Positions 38,906 through 49,506 are shown, counted from the first letter of the stretch. The stretch: 64,000 bases of DNA from Planctomycetota bacterium (GCA_044222185.1 JBGANV010000003.1:384001-448000); one strand, 5' to 3'. Made by a program: numbers and translations. The notes: generated by a model from the letters alone, not told the origin.

Positions 38906-39523
38906 ATGGCCCAGGCAGCGATGGCCTCACTCGTCGTCCTCTCGACTCTCGCCGGTTGCTCGTCGACGGCCGAACCCGCATCCGAGCGCGGTGGGTCGGA
39001 GTTCGACCAGCTCTTCCACGACGACCAGGCCGCCCGGGCGACGGATTGGGGCACGCTCTCCGCCGAGCGCCTGCAGGCGATCCATCAGGCCGACACCGCC
39101 CGCCTCGCGCGGGTGAAGGAACTCATCCACGCCGGTGCGCTGGCGACGCCCGAGGATCACTATCACGCGGCCATGGTGCTCCAGCACGGGGAGCAGCCCG
39201 ACGATTACCTGCTCGCCCACGTCCTCGCGTCGGCCGCGGCGATCCAAGGAGTGGCTGGCGCGAGCTGGCTTTCGGCGGCGAGCCTCGACCGCTTCCTGCA
39301 GAACATCGACCGACCGCAGTGGTTCGGCACCCAGTACCGGCGCAACGGCAGCACGACGCCGTGGACGCAGGAGCCCCTCTCTCCCGTCCTGTCCGATTCG
39401 ATTCGCGCGGCCTTCGGCGTGCCGACGTTGGAGGCGGCGCGCAAACGGCTCGACGAGATGAACGCCAAGCTGGCGCTGCGATCGAAGGCCGCGGAATCGA
39501 AGCCCGCGACATCCATTCCGTGA
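38906..39523 (+). CDS. Lipoprotein, DUF6624-like helical domain
   Basis: LSTLAGC lipobox; DDQAAR, AAMVLQHG, DRFL...PQWFGTQY. Confidence 0.7.
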   Translation: MAQAAMASLVVLSTLAGCSSTAEPASERGGSEFDQLFHDDQAARATDWGTLSAERLQAIHQADTARLARVKELIHAGALATPEDHYHAAMVLQHGEQPDDYLLAHVLASAAAIQGVAGASWLSAASLDRFLQNIDRPQWFGTQYRRNGSTTPWTQEPLSPVLSDSIRAAFGVPTLEAARKRLDEMNAKLALRSKAAESKPATSIP

Positions 39524-40108
39524 GCCAGCTCTTCGGCTGTTGCCGCCCGGTCATCCGCGACGACGGCGCCGAAGGGTCCCGCGAAGTGCCGGCCTCGCAG
39601 GTTTCACGCGGTAGCGCGTGCGGGCTCGAGCGCGGGCGTGTCGTGGGGCGCTTTTTCGGCCGTCTTCGTTCGACGAACGACGAGCCAGTGTGGGCGACGG
39701 GATGACGGTTCCCATTCAACCCTGCCTCCATGAGGTTGGAGGGCGACGTCCTGGCAACCGGGAGAGATGCGGCCGTTCGGCGGTTGAGTGGTCGTGTCGT
39801 GGCGCGGCGTGGGTCGTCGACGATCGCGCGAGGCGAGGACGCCTCGCGGTCCGGCCACGCGAAGCGTGGCGCTCCGGCGCCGGTGTGGCCTTACTTCTTC
39901 GCCTGCGAGATCTCGCGCTCGCCAACTCCGTGGCGGCGTCGGCCATCCGAGTCGGAATCAAGCTTGCGCCGTTCGAGATGCTCGCGGTCGCGCCGATCAC
40001 CAGCCGGTATTACGCGCTCGTCCTCGCGCTGCAGTTCAGGCGGCAACGATGCGCCTTGCCAGGCACGACCGTCGGCGCCGACGTCTCAGCGCCGTATCCT
40101 GTCGTCCC

Positions 40109-41821
40109 ATGAACGCATCTCGACGCACGCTGACGACGACGGGCACGGCGACACCCGTCCGCCGTGCGGCCATCGTCATCGCGGGCCTGTGCACCCTCGC
40201 GCTGGCTCAGGAGTCGCGGCCGTCACCCGCGGTCACGTTCGCCGACCTCCTCGCCCAGATGACGAACCTCGAGGATGTGGCCCGCGTGCCGTCGCCGGCG
40301 TTCACACAGCAGCAGGCGAGCAGCTACAACCGCGAGTCGAAGGTGCGCGGCGGCCCCGGCTGGTTCGCCGATTCGGACGGTACGGGCTTCATCCGCGAAG
40401 AAGCGCACGGCGCGCGGTCCGAGTGGGTCGCCATGGAGCACGAGGGACCCGGCTGCCTCACGCGGCTCTGGGCACCGTACTTCTATTACGACTTCGGTGA
40501 TCGCGTGGGACCGCGGGTTCGGATCTACCTGGACGGTTCGCCCGATCCCACCATCGACGCGAACTGGATCGAGCTCCTCACGAACGACGCCTGGCCCGAC
40601 AGCCATGGCCCCGCGCCCAAGCCGACGAACGGCTTCTCGATCCCCGCGCCGCTGGCGCGCTTCACCGCCCGCGCCGGTGACGTGTACCTCCCGATCCCGT
40701 TCGCTCGGTCGTGCAAGGTGACGTTCGACAAGAAGCCCTTCTACAACATCGTCAACTGGCGCGCGTACGGGCCGGGGACGAGCGTGGAGACCTTCACTCG
40801 CGACAAGCTGCATGACGCGTCCGTCGCGACGTGCGCCGCCGAACTCGAACGCGTCCCCCCGCAGCCGATGCCCGACGCAGACCTCGTCGCGATCGCGCCC
40901 GAGGCGACTCTCCCCATCGCGAAGCTGCTCGGCGCGAACGCGATCCGAGAGTTGCGCCTCCGCCTGGGTCCGCAGGAGGTTCGCGCACGACCGTCGATCC
41001 TGCGCACGCTCGTCCTCACGGGAACGTTCGACGGCGAGACCACGATCTGGTGTCCGATCGGTGACCTGTTCGGGTCGCCGAACGCCATCAACCCGTTCAC
41101 GACGCGTCGTCGGTGGGTCTCGGAGGACGGATCGTTCGTCCTGCGATGGCCCATGCCGTTCGCTCGTTCCTGCGAACTTCGAATCGTGAACCTGGGAACC
41201 ACGGCTGCGCGCGTCTCCGCGAAGGCCACGACGATGCCTTGGACCTTCGACGACCGCTCGCTCCACCTCCACGTGACCTGGAACCCCGACGCGATCGAGC
41301 GCGGAGACCACTTCGAGGACATGACGCTGCTCTCGGCTCGCGGCACGGGCGTTCTCGTCGGCGACCAGCTCACGGTCCTCAACCACACGAGGGGATGGTG
41401 GGGCGAGGGCGACGAGAAGATCTACGTCGATTCCGCCTACGATCGCGGATTCCCCGATCATTTCGGAACGGGAACCGAGGACTACTACGGCTGGGCCGGT
41501 GGCGTGAACCCCACGTGGGCCGACACGTTCAGCCACCCGTTCCTCGCGAACATCGCCGTGGGATCCGGCACCCGCGCCAGAGTCCGCGAGCGCACCGGCG
41601 ACACGCGCGGTTTCAACATCTGCACGCGGGAGCGTGGCCTCGATGCCGTTCCATTCCGAGAGCGCCTCGTGTTCGACATGGAGGCCTCCCCCGGCGTCGA
41701 CCAGCGCACGAAGGACGATCGACTCGGCTATTCCTCGGTGGTCTTCTGGTACGGACGACCTGGCGCCACGTGCGAGCGCGGGGCGGACCCGGCCGCGGCG
41801 CGAGCACCTCTGATGCGGTAG
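40109..41821 (+). CDS. Exported DUF2961 / GH172-like glycoside hydrolase
   Basis: Signal ...TLALAQ; QASSYNR, GPGCLTRLW, RIYLDG, WWGEGDEKIYVD...FGTGTEDYYG. Confidence 0.88.
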   Translation: MNASRRTLTTTGTATPVRRAAIVIAGLCTLALAQESRPSPAVTFADLLAQMTNLEDVARVPSPAFTQQQASSYNRESKVRGGPGWFADSDGTGFIREEAHGARSEWVAMEHEGPGCLTRLWAPYFYYDFGDRVGPRVRIYLDGSPDPTIDANWIELLTNDAWPDSHGPAPKPTNGFSIPAPLARFTARAGDVYLPIPFARSCKVTFDKKPFYNIVNWRAYGPGTSVETFTRDKLHDASVATCAAELERVPPQPMPDADLVAIAPEATLPIAKLLGANAIRELRLRLGPQEVRARPSILRTLVLTGTFDGETTIWCPIGDLFGSPNAINPFTTRRRWVSEDGSFVLRWPMPFARSCELRIVNLGTTAARVSAKATTMPWTFDDRSLHLHVTWNPDAIERGDHFEDMTLLSARGTGVLVGDQLTVLNHTRGWWGEGDEKIYVDSAYDRGFPDHFGTGTEDYYGWAGGVNPTWADTFSHPFLANIAVGSGTRARVRERTGDTRGFNICTRERGLDAVPFRERLVFDMEASPGVDQRTKDDRLGYSSVVFWYGRPGATCERGADPAAARAPLMR

Positions 41822-41848
41822 TGGAGCGTCGGCCGACGGCGATGCGAT

Positions 41849-44800
41849 TCACGTCAGGGCGATCGCGAGGGCCTCGCTCGGCCGGACGGTCACGCGATCC
41901 GCGAGCGTGACGGACACGCGCCCCGCATCCGACGACACGGTCGCAGGGAGCGTGCGGTCGCCCAGACGCACGCTCACGGAGCTCACGACGCTGCCGATCG
42001 GCGGCTCGAGCACGATCGTCCGGAGGGCGACCGACCCCCAACGCACCAGGAGCGAGGCGGTCATGCCGGTCTTCGTGTGTTCCTGGGCGAACGTCCCGAA
42101 CCCTTCGGCGCAGACGAACGCCGCACGGAAGCGTTCGGGCGTGAGTTTCGGCGAGAACCCGATCCGTCCGCTCGGACCGTGGAACTCGAATCCACAGGCG
42201 GCGATGAACGTCCCGTAGCTCGCCATGGCCCGGGCGTAGTGGTTCGAGCACTCGACCTCGTTCCACGGGTTGCGCCGCGACGCGTCGTACCGATCGTGGA
42301 TCAAGCGCGTGACGGCCAGACCTTCGAGGACGAGCCCCTCGGAGATCATGTGCGCGGCGGCCTGGTGCTCGAACCCGCTCATGCACTCGTTGAAGTACCC
42401 GGCCGCCCACGCCTCGCCGCCCTTGCCCGTCGCCGCGGTCTCACCGCCCTTGGGCCACGTGCACATCAGCAGTCCACCCTCACCCGGCATGGCGTACCAC
42501 CGGCCGCCCTTCAGCGTCGCGTCGAATCGCTTGCGGTACGGACCGACGTCCGGTGCGACGCCGTAGCGATAGAGCGAGCGGAGGGCCGACACCGCCTCGC
42601 GCTTCGGCACGACGCGCGGCAGGCCAAGCTGGTGCGCCCAGAACTGCCCCAGGAGCTGATCGATGTGGCAGCCCGTTCCGGTGCTGTTCGCCTCGGGATG
42701 TTTCGCGTCCGTCAGGTGGATGAAGTAGTCGCCGTCGAAGAGTCGCTCCACCATGGCGCGCGATCCGCGATCGGCGCGATCCGAGCACCTGGAGGCGAAG
42801 GCTCCATTCCCCACCTCCGTCGCCATCGCCGCGGCAGCGCGCAGCGCCGCGATGAACAGGGAGCTGGTCCACGCGATCTGTCCCCACCACGTCGCGTCGA
42901 GCGTGTTGTATTGAGCGCCATCGAGCAGACCGTCGCCATCCGTATCGCGTTCGAGAAGGCACTCGACGGCACGCTTCACACGTGGCCAGGTCCTGCGAAG
43001 CATGGCATCGCTCGACGACATCTGGTGCTCCCGGAAGAACCGCAGGATGACGCCGGACTGCCCGTCGACGGCGAGGTCGTGGCCCGCTTCACCGCGGTAG
43101 TGCACGATGCCCGATGCGTCCTCGAACTCTGCGCCGAAATCCACGCGCTCACGAAGCGACCGCTCGAGCTGTGGAAACAGACGTCCGACGGCCTGCGCGT
43201 AGTGCCACACGTGCGTGCAGGTCCCGGGGCAGCAGTGCGTCCCCTCCCAGGCGTAGAACCGCCCGTCGTCGAAGAGGTGGCACGTGCTCGTGGCGAGCGT
43301 GGACGTGTTCGCCATCGTCCGGTCCAGGAACCAGTGAGGAAGTGTGGAGTCGTACCAGGTGTCGCGCCACAGCCGTGTGCGATGGGTGATCGCGTCCAGG
43401 TTCGTCACCACGTGGCGGACGACGGCGAACGCGTCCTCGAACGACGTGGCGTAGTGGCGCCGGCGTTTCCCGATGTCGGCGAGGAACGCCATCTCCGCAC
43501 GACGCGGGGTGGGAAAGTGCCACGCGAAGACGAACACGGCCTCGCCCACACCGCCCGCCGCGAGCTTGATCCGCCGGCTCGCAAACCCGGTGGAAGTCGC
43601 CGGGAACGGCGTACGCGCCTCGCGGGCCTCGCCGTCGCCGACCCGGGCGTGCACCGACGACGGGTCCCCGATGACGGCGACGGACATCGTTCCGAAGTCC
43701 GCGGCCGCGCGCAGGTCGAAGCCGCTGCGGGGCCTATCCGTCAGCACGAAGTCGTCGCAGCCGATGTTGCCCCACGGACCGGCGACGGCGTCGACGATCT
43801 GGATGATGGCGCTTCTTCCCGCGAGATCGCGAACGTCCCAGTCGAGGACACGCATGCGATTCTCGTCGCGTCCCGTCGCCGTTCGCACGACGACACCGTC
43901 GGACACGAGGTTCACGCAGGTCTTTCCGGGGTGATTCCCACCACCGATCCGAAAGCTCAGCCAATCGCGTTCGATGCGAAACGCGATGGACTCGAGCGCG
44001 CCCACGTGCGCGTCCCCGCGCGCGACGTCCTCACCGTTGCGCACCTCGTGCGAATTCACGAACCACTGGCCGGCACCTTCGAGTTCGCTCTGGTACCTGG
44101 CGACGTCCTGCTTCGTCCGCGGGGTCTTGCCGAATGCGGTGCCCGTGACGGTCCAACCCGCGTAGGTGCCGCTCTCGAAATCGGCGACGACGATGTCTGG
44201 GCGATCGGCCGATGGCCGCGCAGCGGGAGCGGGCTCGGCGGAACAGACGACGGCCGTGAAGTCTCTCTCCTCGCGGATCCGATCGACGCGCCAACCCCGG
44301 GACGGCTCGCCGCTTTCGAGGCACACGCCGTTCGAAAGGCGGGCGACGAGCTCCACGTCCACGGCGGTCTCCGATCGATTGCGCAACGTGTAGCGCATCA
44401 CCGTCGCCGGAACGGACGAGAACGTCACGTCCAGCGGTGACGTGGGAGAGAACGCCTCCAGATCCACGTCGATGGACGAGGCAGGATCGCGATACTCGAC
44501 GAGGCCCACGGGCCATTGGCCGCGGAACGTCACCTCCTGGAATCCACGAGCGTCGAGAGGTCGCTCACGCGCGCCAGCCTCCGTGATCACGCGCAGCACG
44601 ACGCCCTGCTCGATCGGTGACGCCGGCGCGGCGGGGTGCGCATAGAGCGGCCCGCTCGACGATCGCCAGGCCTCGTTCGGCAACGTGTTGAATACGTCCC
44701 AATGCCACAACCGGCCGTCCCCCGAGAGGTACACCTGCCCGCAGCAGATGCCGCCGATGGGCATCCCGATGAACTCCAGCTCGCGTCGCGACGAGCGGTA

Positions 44801-45052
44801 GGCTCGCGGCTCGCCGCGATCGAACAAGGCCTTCACCCAGGCGGGATCCCACTTCTTGTCGGCGGGGATCGGGAAGTCCTCGGCCGCATCGAAGGGCCCG
44901 GCGACGGCACCCTTGGGCCCCATCAGCGCGGAAATCGCCACGACGCCCGTCGCGGAGAGGAACGCGCGGCGCGATACCGTGGCATCCCGTGGTCCGCACC
45001 CGCATCCGCTTCCGCACCCCTCGCTCGCGCTCGATCGCGTGTCGTCGCTCAT
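41849..45052 (-). CDS. Tat-exported GH116 glycoside hydrolase with inserted beta-sandwich module
   Basis: SRRAFL twin-arginine signal; GMPIGGICCG, CPGTCTHVWHY, NTLD, NPWNEVECSNHYARAMAS; insert starting PDIVVADFESGTY. Confidence 0.88.
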   Translation of the reverse strand: MSDDTRSSASEGCGSGCGCGPRDATVSRRAFLSATGVVAISALMGPKGAVAGPFDAAEDFPIPADKKWDPAWVKALFDRGEPRAYRSSRRELEFIGMPIGGICCGQVYLSGDGRLWHWDVFNTLPNEAWRSSSGPLYAHPAAPASPIEQGVVLRVITEAGARERPLDARGFQEVTFRGQWPVGLVEYRDPASSIDVDLEAFSPTSPLDVTFSSVPATVMRYTLRNRSETAVDVELVARLSNGVCLESGEPSRGWRVDRIREERDFTAVVCSAEPAPAARPSADRPDIVVADFESGTYAGWTVTGTAFGKTPRTKQDVARYQSELEGAGQWFVNSHEVRNGEDVARGDAHVGALESIAFRIERDWLSFRIGGGNHPGKTCVNLVSDGVVVRTATGRDENRMRVLDWDVRDLAGRSAIIQIVDAVAGPWGNIGCDDFVLTDRPRSGFDLRAAADFGTMSVAVIGDPSSVHARVGDGEAREARTPFPATSTGFASRRIKLAAGGVGEAVFVFAWHFPTPRRAEMAFLADIGKRRRHYATSFEDAFAVVRHVVTNLDAITHRTRLWRDTWYDSTLPHWFLDRTMANTSTLATSTCHLFDDGRFYAWEGTHCCPGTCTHVWHYAQAVGRLFPQLERSLRERVDFGAEFEDASGIVHYRGEAGHDLAVDGQSGVILRFFREHQMSSSDAMLRRTWPRVKRAVECLLERDTDGDGLLDGAQYNTLDATWWGQIAWTSSLFIAALRAAAAMATEVGNGAFASRCSDRADRGSRAMVERLFDGDYFIHLTDAKHPEANSTGTGCHIDQLLGQFWAHQLGLPRVVPKREAVSALRSLYRYGVAPDVGPYRKRFDATLKGGRWYAMPGEGGLLMCTWPKGGETAATGKGGEAWAAGYFNECMSGFEHQAAAHMISEGLVLEGLAVTRLIHDRYDASRRNPWNEVECSNHYARAMASYGTFIAACGFEFHGPSGRIGFSPKLTPERFRAAFVCAEGFGTFAQEHTKTGMTASLLVRWGSVALRTIVLEPPIGSVVSSVSVRLGDRTLPATVSSDAGRVSVTLADRVTVRPSEALAIALT

Positions 45053-45128
45053 CGCTGCGAGCTTATCCGCAAACCGGCTCCGCGCGCGTGACGTTCGCGG
45101 CGGACGATCCGTTCCCTCGGTTCACCTC

Positions 45129-47264
45129 ATGACGAACCTCACCCGAGTCGCCGTCGCCGCGTGCTTCGTGATCACTTCCAGCGTTGCGCAGACGCCGCTG
45201 CGACCGCCCGCCGTCCCGCTGATCTGCCACGATCCGTACTTCAGCATCTGGTCGGCGGCGGATCGGCTGACGGACGCCTGGCCCGTGCATTGGACCGGGC
45301 ATCCCCATGCCATGCAGTGCCTCCTGCGCATCGAGCGTGCGGGCGAAACGGCGAGCGTCTTCCGCCTGATCGGCCCCAAGCCGGCGGAGGTTCCGCCCCT
45401 GCCGCAGCTTGGGCTCGAGGTCCGCCCCACGACGACCGTCTACCGGTTCGGCAACGAGGACGTTCACGTGACGCTCTCGTTCTGCTCGCCGGCGCTGCCG
45501 TCGGACCTGGATCTCTACTCGCGACCGGCGAGCTACGTGACCTGGGACGTGGCGATCCCCCGCGGCGCGCCCGCGGACGTGACGATCCGCTTCGATCTCG
45601 TCGGAGAGGTCGCCGTCGACGATCCCGGCCAGGACGTGACCTGGTCGGTGGACGCGACACCGATGACGAAGCTGCTCTTGGCGCGCATCGGAAGCCGCGA
45701 GCAGGCCGTCCTCGAGAAGGTGGGAGACGATCGGCGCATCGACTGGGGCTGGGCGTTCGTCGCGACGGCTCCGGGCGACGGGCGCTCGATCGAGGTGCTT
45801 CCCGCCGACGAGACGCGCGCGGCGTTCGCCGCGGGCAAGGCGTCGCCGACGTTCGAGGCCATGGGTCCCCGGCGTGCGAGCGACCGCTGGCCCGCGATCA
45901 CGGCGACGCTTCCGCTCCGCAGCGTCCGCGCGGACGCCCGCTCGACGTTCGTCGTCGTCGCCTACGACGACGAGTGGAGCCTGCGGTACTTCGACGCCAG
46001 ACTGCGTCCCTACTGGCGACGCGGCGGCGCGGACGCTCCCGCCATGCTCGCGGCTGCCGTCGCCGATCGGGAGAAGGTTCTCGCCGCTGCCAGTGCGTTC
46101 GATCGCGATCTCGTTGCCGAGCTCACGCGCATCGGCGGATCGCAGTACGCGGCCCTCGCTTCACTCGCCTATCGCCAGGCGGTCGCCGGCAACAAGCTCG
46201 TGGCCGACGCCAACGGAAAGCCACTCCTGTTCCCCAAGGAGAACTTCAGCAACGGCTGCATCGGGACGGTCGACGTGATCTATCCCATGGCGCCGCTCTT
46301 CCTCGCGCAGAGCCCCGACCTGGCGCGAGCCATGCTGATTCCCGTGCTCGACTACGGCGCGAGTTCGCGCTGGAAGTTCCCGTTCGCGCCGCACGATCTG
46401 GGGACCTACCCGCACGCGACCGGTCAGGTGTACGGCGGCGGCGAGAAGACCGCCGAGAACCAGATGCCCGTGGAGGAGTCGGCCAATCTCATCCTCCTCG
46501 TGGCCGCGGCGAGTCGGGCGGACGGTTCGAAGGACCTCATCGCGAAGTATGCGTCGACGCTCGCTCGCTGGGCGGATTACCTGCGGCAGAAGGGCTACGA
46601 CCCCGAGAACCAGCTCTGCACCGACGACTTCACGGGGCACCTTGCGCACAACGTGAACCTCTCGGCGAAGGCGATCCTGGCGCTCGGGGCCTACGCCTGG
46701 ATCCTCGATCGACGCGGCGATGGTGCCGGCGCCAGGGCGTGGCGCGAGTCAGCCGAGACGTTCGCCGCGCGCTGGGTGAAGGAGGCGGATGACGGCGAGA
46801 AGACGCGGCTCGCATTCGATCGCCCCGGCAGCTGGAGCCAGAAGTACAACCTCGTGTGGGACGACGTGCTGTCGCTCGGGCTCTTCCCCGCGGCCATCAA
46901 GGCTCGCGAGGTGGCGTGGTATCGCAAGGTCCAGCAGCCGTACGGCCTTCCTCTCGACGACCGCGCCGACTTCACGAAGACGGATTGGACGCACTGGTCG
47001 GCGCTGCTCTCGGGCGATCGCTCGGACTTCGAGGCGCTGATCGCGCCGCTTCACCGCCTGATGAACGAAACCCCGGATCGCGTCCCCCTCTGCGACTGGA
47101 TGAAGACGAAGGAGCCGCGAAAGATCAACATGATCGCCCGGCCCGTCGTCGGCGGGTACTTCATGCCGCTCCTGCGCGACGCGGCGGCCTGGAAGCGCTG
47201 GTCAGCGCGGGGGTCGAAGGTCGCCGGCGGCGCGGCGACCTGGGCGCCGATCCCGATCCGTTAG
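45129..47264 (+). CDS. Exported glutaminase A-like protein (DUF4964/DUF5127/DUF4965/DUF1793 architecture)
   Basis: LRPPAVPLICHDPYFSIWS, KENFSNGCIGTVDVIYP, HDLGTYP, MPVEESAN, NQLCTDDF, WSQKYNL, ARPVVGG. Confidence 0.88.
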   Translation: MTNLTRVAVAACFVITSSVAQTPLRPPAVPLICHDPYFSIWSAADRLTDAWPVHWTGHPHAMQCLLRIERAGETASVFRLIGPKPAEVPPLPQLGLEVRPTTTVYRFGNEDVHVTLSFCSPALPSDLDLYSRPASYVTWDVAIPRGAPADVTIRFDLVGEVAVDDPGQDVTWSVDATPMTKLLLARIGSREQAVLEKVGDDRRIDWGWAFVATAPGDGRSIEVLPADETRAAFAAGKASPTFEAMGPRRASDRWPAITATLPLRSVRADARSTFVVVAYDDEWSLRYFDARLRPYWRRGGADAPAMLAAAVADREKVLAAASAFDRDLVAELTRIGGSQYAALASLAYRQAVAGNKLVADANGKPLLFPKENFSNGCIGTVDVIYPMAPLFLAQSPDLARAMLIPVLDYGASSRWKFPFAPHDLGTYPHATGQVYGGGEKTAENQMPVEESANLILLVAAASRADGSKDLIAKYASTLARWADYLRQKGYDPENQLCTDDFTGHLAHNVNLSAKAILALGAYAWILDRRGDGAGARAWRESAETFAARWVKEADDGEKTRLAFDRPGSWSQKYNLVWDDVLSLGLFPAAIKAREVAWYRKVQQPYGLPLDDRADFTKTDWTHWSALLSGDRSDFEALIAPLHRLMNETPDRVPLCDWMKTKEPRKINMIARPVVGGYFMPLLRDAAAWKRWSARGSKVAGGAATWAPIPIR

Positions 47265-47371
47265 TGGTCCGCGTGCGAACATGAGCGAGAACGCGATGCC
47301 CGCCACAGCCATGAGAATGCCGGCGCGGTCGACCCGCGCCAGGCCGTCGTCCACAGAGACGTGGCTTCGGT

Positions 47372-48697
47372 TCAGGGCACGAACGTGAACGGAGCGGCGG
47401 TGCTGATTCCACGAATCCCGAGTGAGGCTGCTGGATCGAGCGTCACCGCGACGGCGTAGGCCGTGATTCCCGCGAGCGCCGGGATGTTCGGGATCGTCAC
47501 GGTCGGCTTGGGCGACGCGATGCCAGCCCCGTCGAGAGCCGTGACCATGTCGGAGAACACGCCGTTGCCCGGAGTCAGCGACAGGTTCGTGATCGCATCG
47601 ATCGTGATCGGAACCGCGCGCCCGTCGCCGAGCGGGGTCGGGCCGGTGCCGAGCGTGAACGCACAGACCGCGGCGAGCCCAGGCGTCGCCGGGCAGAAGA
47701 CGTCGAGCGTGACCGTCGAGCCGATCGATGCCTGACGATCAGGCAGCAGGCCGACGAGATGGGCTGAAACGGGAACGATCTCGAGCCGATCGAACAGATA
47801 ATCGGCTTTCAGCGTGTTCGAGTCGATGTTCCCGAAGAAGAACGTCACGGTATCTGTGAGCGATGCAATGTTGAATGTGACCGGCGGGGTTTCGACCCAC
47901 TGATCGACCGTCTGGTTGGTGGAAAGCAGCGTCGTCTGGGTCGCGGTCGCGCCGACGGTGGCGCGAAGGTCGAGGTTCTCTGCGAAGGCGGCGCTTGTGA
48001 ACTTCTTCACGCGCACCTTGGCTGCGTAGGTGCCCGGCGGGAGGCTCAACGCTGGCGAGTCATACTCAAGCCACCAGACCTGGTTGAGGGTGTCGACGAC
48101 GCCCGAAAGCGCCTCAGGGCTCGGGACGTTGTCAGTGAAATAGGGAGCCGACCACGCATGCGTCCACTCCGTTGCGAGGCTCGACACCGCCGGCACGGGC
48201 CGGATCGTGAAGCTGTCGATGAGGTATCCCTCTTTGAATTGGCCGAGGGCCGTGTTCTCGAAGGTGAATTGGATCGGTGCCGTCGTCGGGGTCACGTCGA
48301 AGTACAGCGGCGGGGTTTCGACCCACTGGTTCATCGGCTGTCCGCTCGTCGGGAGCGTCACGGACAGTGGGACGCCGTCGACGATCGCGTTCAGATCCAG
48401 GGGCCACGTGCTGGAGGGCGCGAGGTACTTCTTGATGCGCACCGTGGCGGCGTAACGCCCAGGAAGCAACGGCGCTGGGGTGTGCCAGTATTGCAGCCAC
48501 GTGAGTCCGGTGCCGACGGGCACGTCATCGACGTACCCGAAATGGGATTCCGACGACGTCGTGGTGACGGCGTAGGGAGAACCCCAGACCTTGTTCCAGT
48601 TCATGGCGAGCGAGTTGGTGAATCCGGATTGCGCCGACGCCGGCGCCAAACAGAGGATGGTCGCGAGCAGAAACGAGCAGGACTTGGTTCGAAGCAT
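47372..48697 (-). CDS. Exported protein with two tandem CBM-like beta-sandwich repeats and shared C-terminal domain
   Basis: AAAAAGGAG RBS; signal ...APASAQ; two ~140 aa repeats (PG.YAA.VR.KK...QWVETPP..F); C-terminal LDGAG...IPNIPALAGITAYA. Confidence 0.82.
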   Translation of the reverse strand: MLRTKSCSFLLATILCLAPASAQSGFTNSLAMNWNKVWGSPYAVTTTSSESHFGYVDDVPVGTGLTWLQYWHTPAPLLPGRYAATVRIKKYLAPSSTWPLDLNAIVDGVPLSVTLPTSGQPMNQWVETPPLYFDVTPTTAPIQFTFENTALGQFKEGYLIDSFTIRPVPAVSSLATEWTHAWSAPYFTDNVPSPEALSGVVDTLNQVWWLEYDSPALSLPPGTYAAKVRVKKFTSAAFAENLDLRATVGATATQTTLLSTNQTVDQWVETPPVTFNIASLTDTVTFFFGNIDSNTLKADYLFDRLEIVPVSAHLVGLLPDRQASIGSTVTLDVFCPATPGLAAVCAFTLGTGPTPLGDGRAVPITIDAITNLSLTPGNGVFSDMVTALDGAGIASPKPTVTIPNIPALAGITAYAVAVTLDPAASLGIRGISTAAPFTFVP

Positions 48698-48817
48698 GAC
48701 GTCTCCTTTTTGGTGGATGGGCCGGATGTCCGGCGCTGACGTCAACAAGACCTGGGATTCGCGGACCTTACCGGAATCGTGAACTCGGGCAGAAAACGGC
48801 GTGTGGCCGGGTCGGAA

Positions 48818-49471
48818 TCAGCCTTCCGAGTCACCGAGTTCCTCAAAAACCGACCCGACAAGCGCGCTCCGCAGCCGCGAGAGAGCGCGGTGGTACCGCA
48901 CGTTCACGGCGTTCTCCGTGATGCCGAGCACGACGCCTACCTCGGACGCCGGATGGGCCTCGATCGCGCGAAGGATGATGATTTCGCGATCCTTGTCGTC
49001 GAGGGCCTGAAGCTGACGCCAGACCTCGCTTTTCCGCTCCTCACGGACGGCGTGACTGACCGCGCCCGTCACGTCTGCCGACAGCTGACTCAGGCCGGCG
49101 GCGGAGGTTTCGTGGCCCGGCGTCGTCTCGGTTCGTCGTTCGCGGATCCAGCGATCCTGAAGCCGGTGGATCCGATGAAGGAGCGCCGTCGCAAGGTAGG
49201 CCAGGATCGCACGCGAGTACGACCCGCCTGAGGGCGTGAGGCTCCCGAGGTTGGGGAGACACGCGAGCCAGACGTCGTTGACGAGATCTTCTGGATCGAC
49301 GGCGCGCCGAAGCGATCGGCCGAGCCGATACTCGGCCTGCACGAGCAACAGCGGTGAGACCCTCCGAACGACCCAGTCGGCGCTCGTCGTGTCCCCCGCG
49401 AGTGCACGGCGCACCTGGACGGAGGTGTCGTCCTGCGGTTGGTCGGTGGCATCCGCCGGTGATCGCGACAT
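48818..49471 (-). CDS. ECF-family RNA polymerase sigma factor
   Basis: DPEDLVNDVW, ILAYL, LDDKDREIIILR...EVGVVLGITENAVNVRYHRAL; divergent from a kinase gene. Confidence 0.92.
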   Translation of the reverse strand: MSRSPADATDQPQDDTSVQVRRALAGDTTSADWVVRRVSPLLLVQAEYRLGRSLRRAVDPEDLVNDVWLACLPNLGSLTPSGGSYSRAILAYLATALLHRIHRLQDRWIRERRTETTPGHETSAAGLSQLSADVTGAVSHAVREERKSEVWRQLQALDDKDREIIILRAIEAHPASEVGVVLGITENAVNVRYHRALSRLRSALVGSVFEELGDSEG

Positions 49472-49506
49472 GCCCGTATGATATCCGCGCCCGGCGGACG
49501 ACGGCC

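Noticed and set aside
39524-40108. 585-bp gap with overlapping ORFs (39618-40112, 39730-40500) and a short hydrophobic stretch
   Set aside because: No recognisable motif, RBS or consistent codon bias. It may be a gene remnant, but this cannot be supported.
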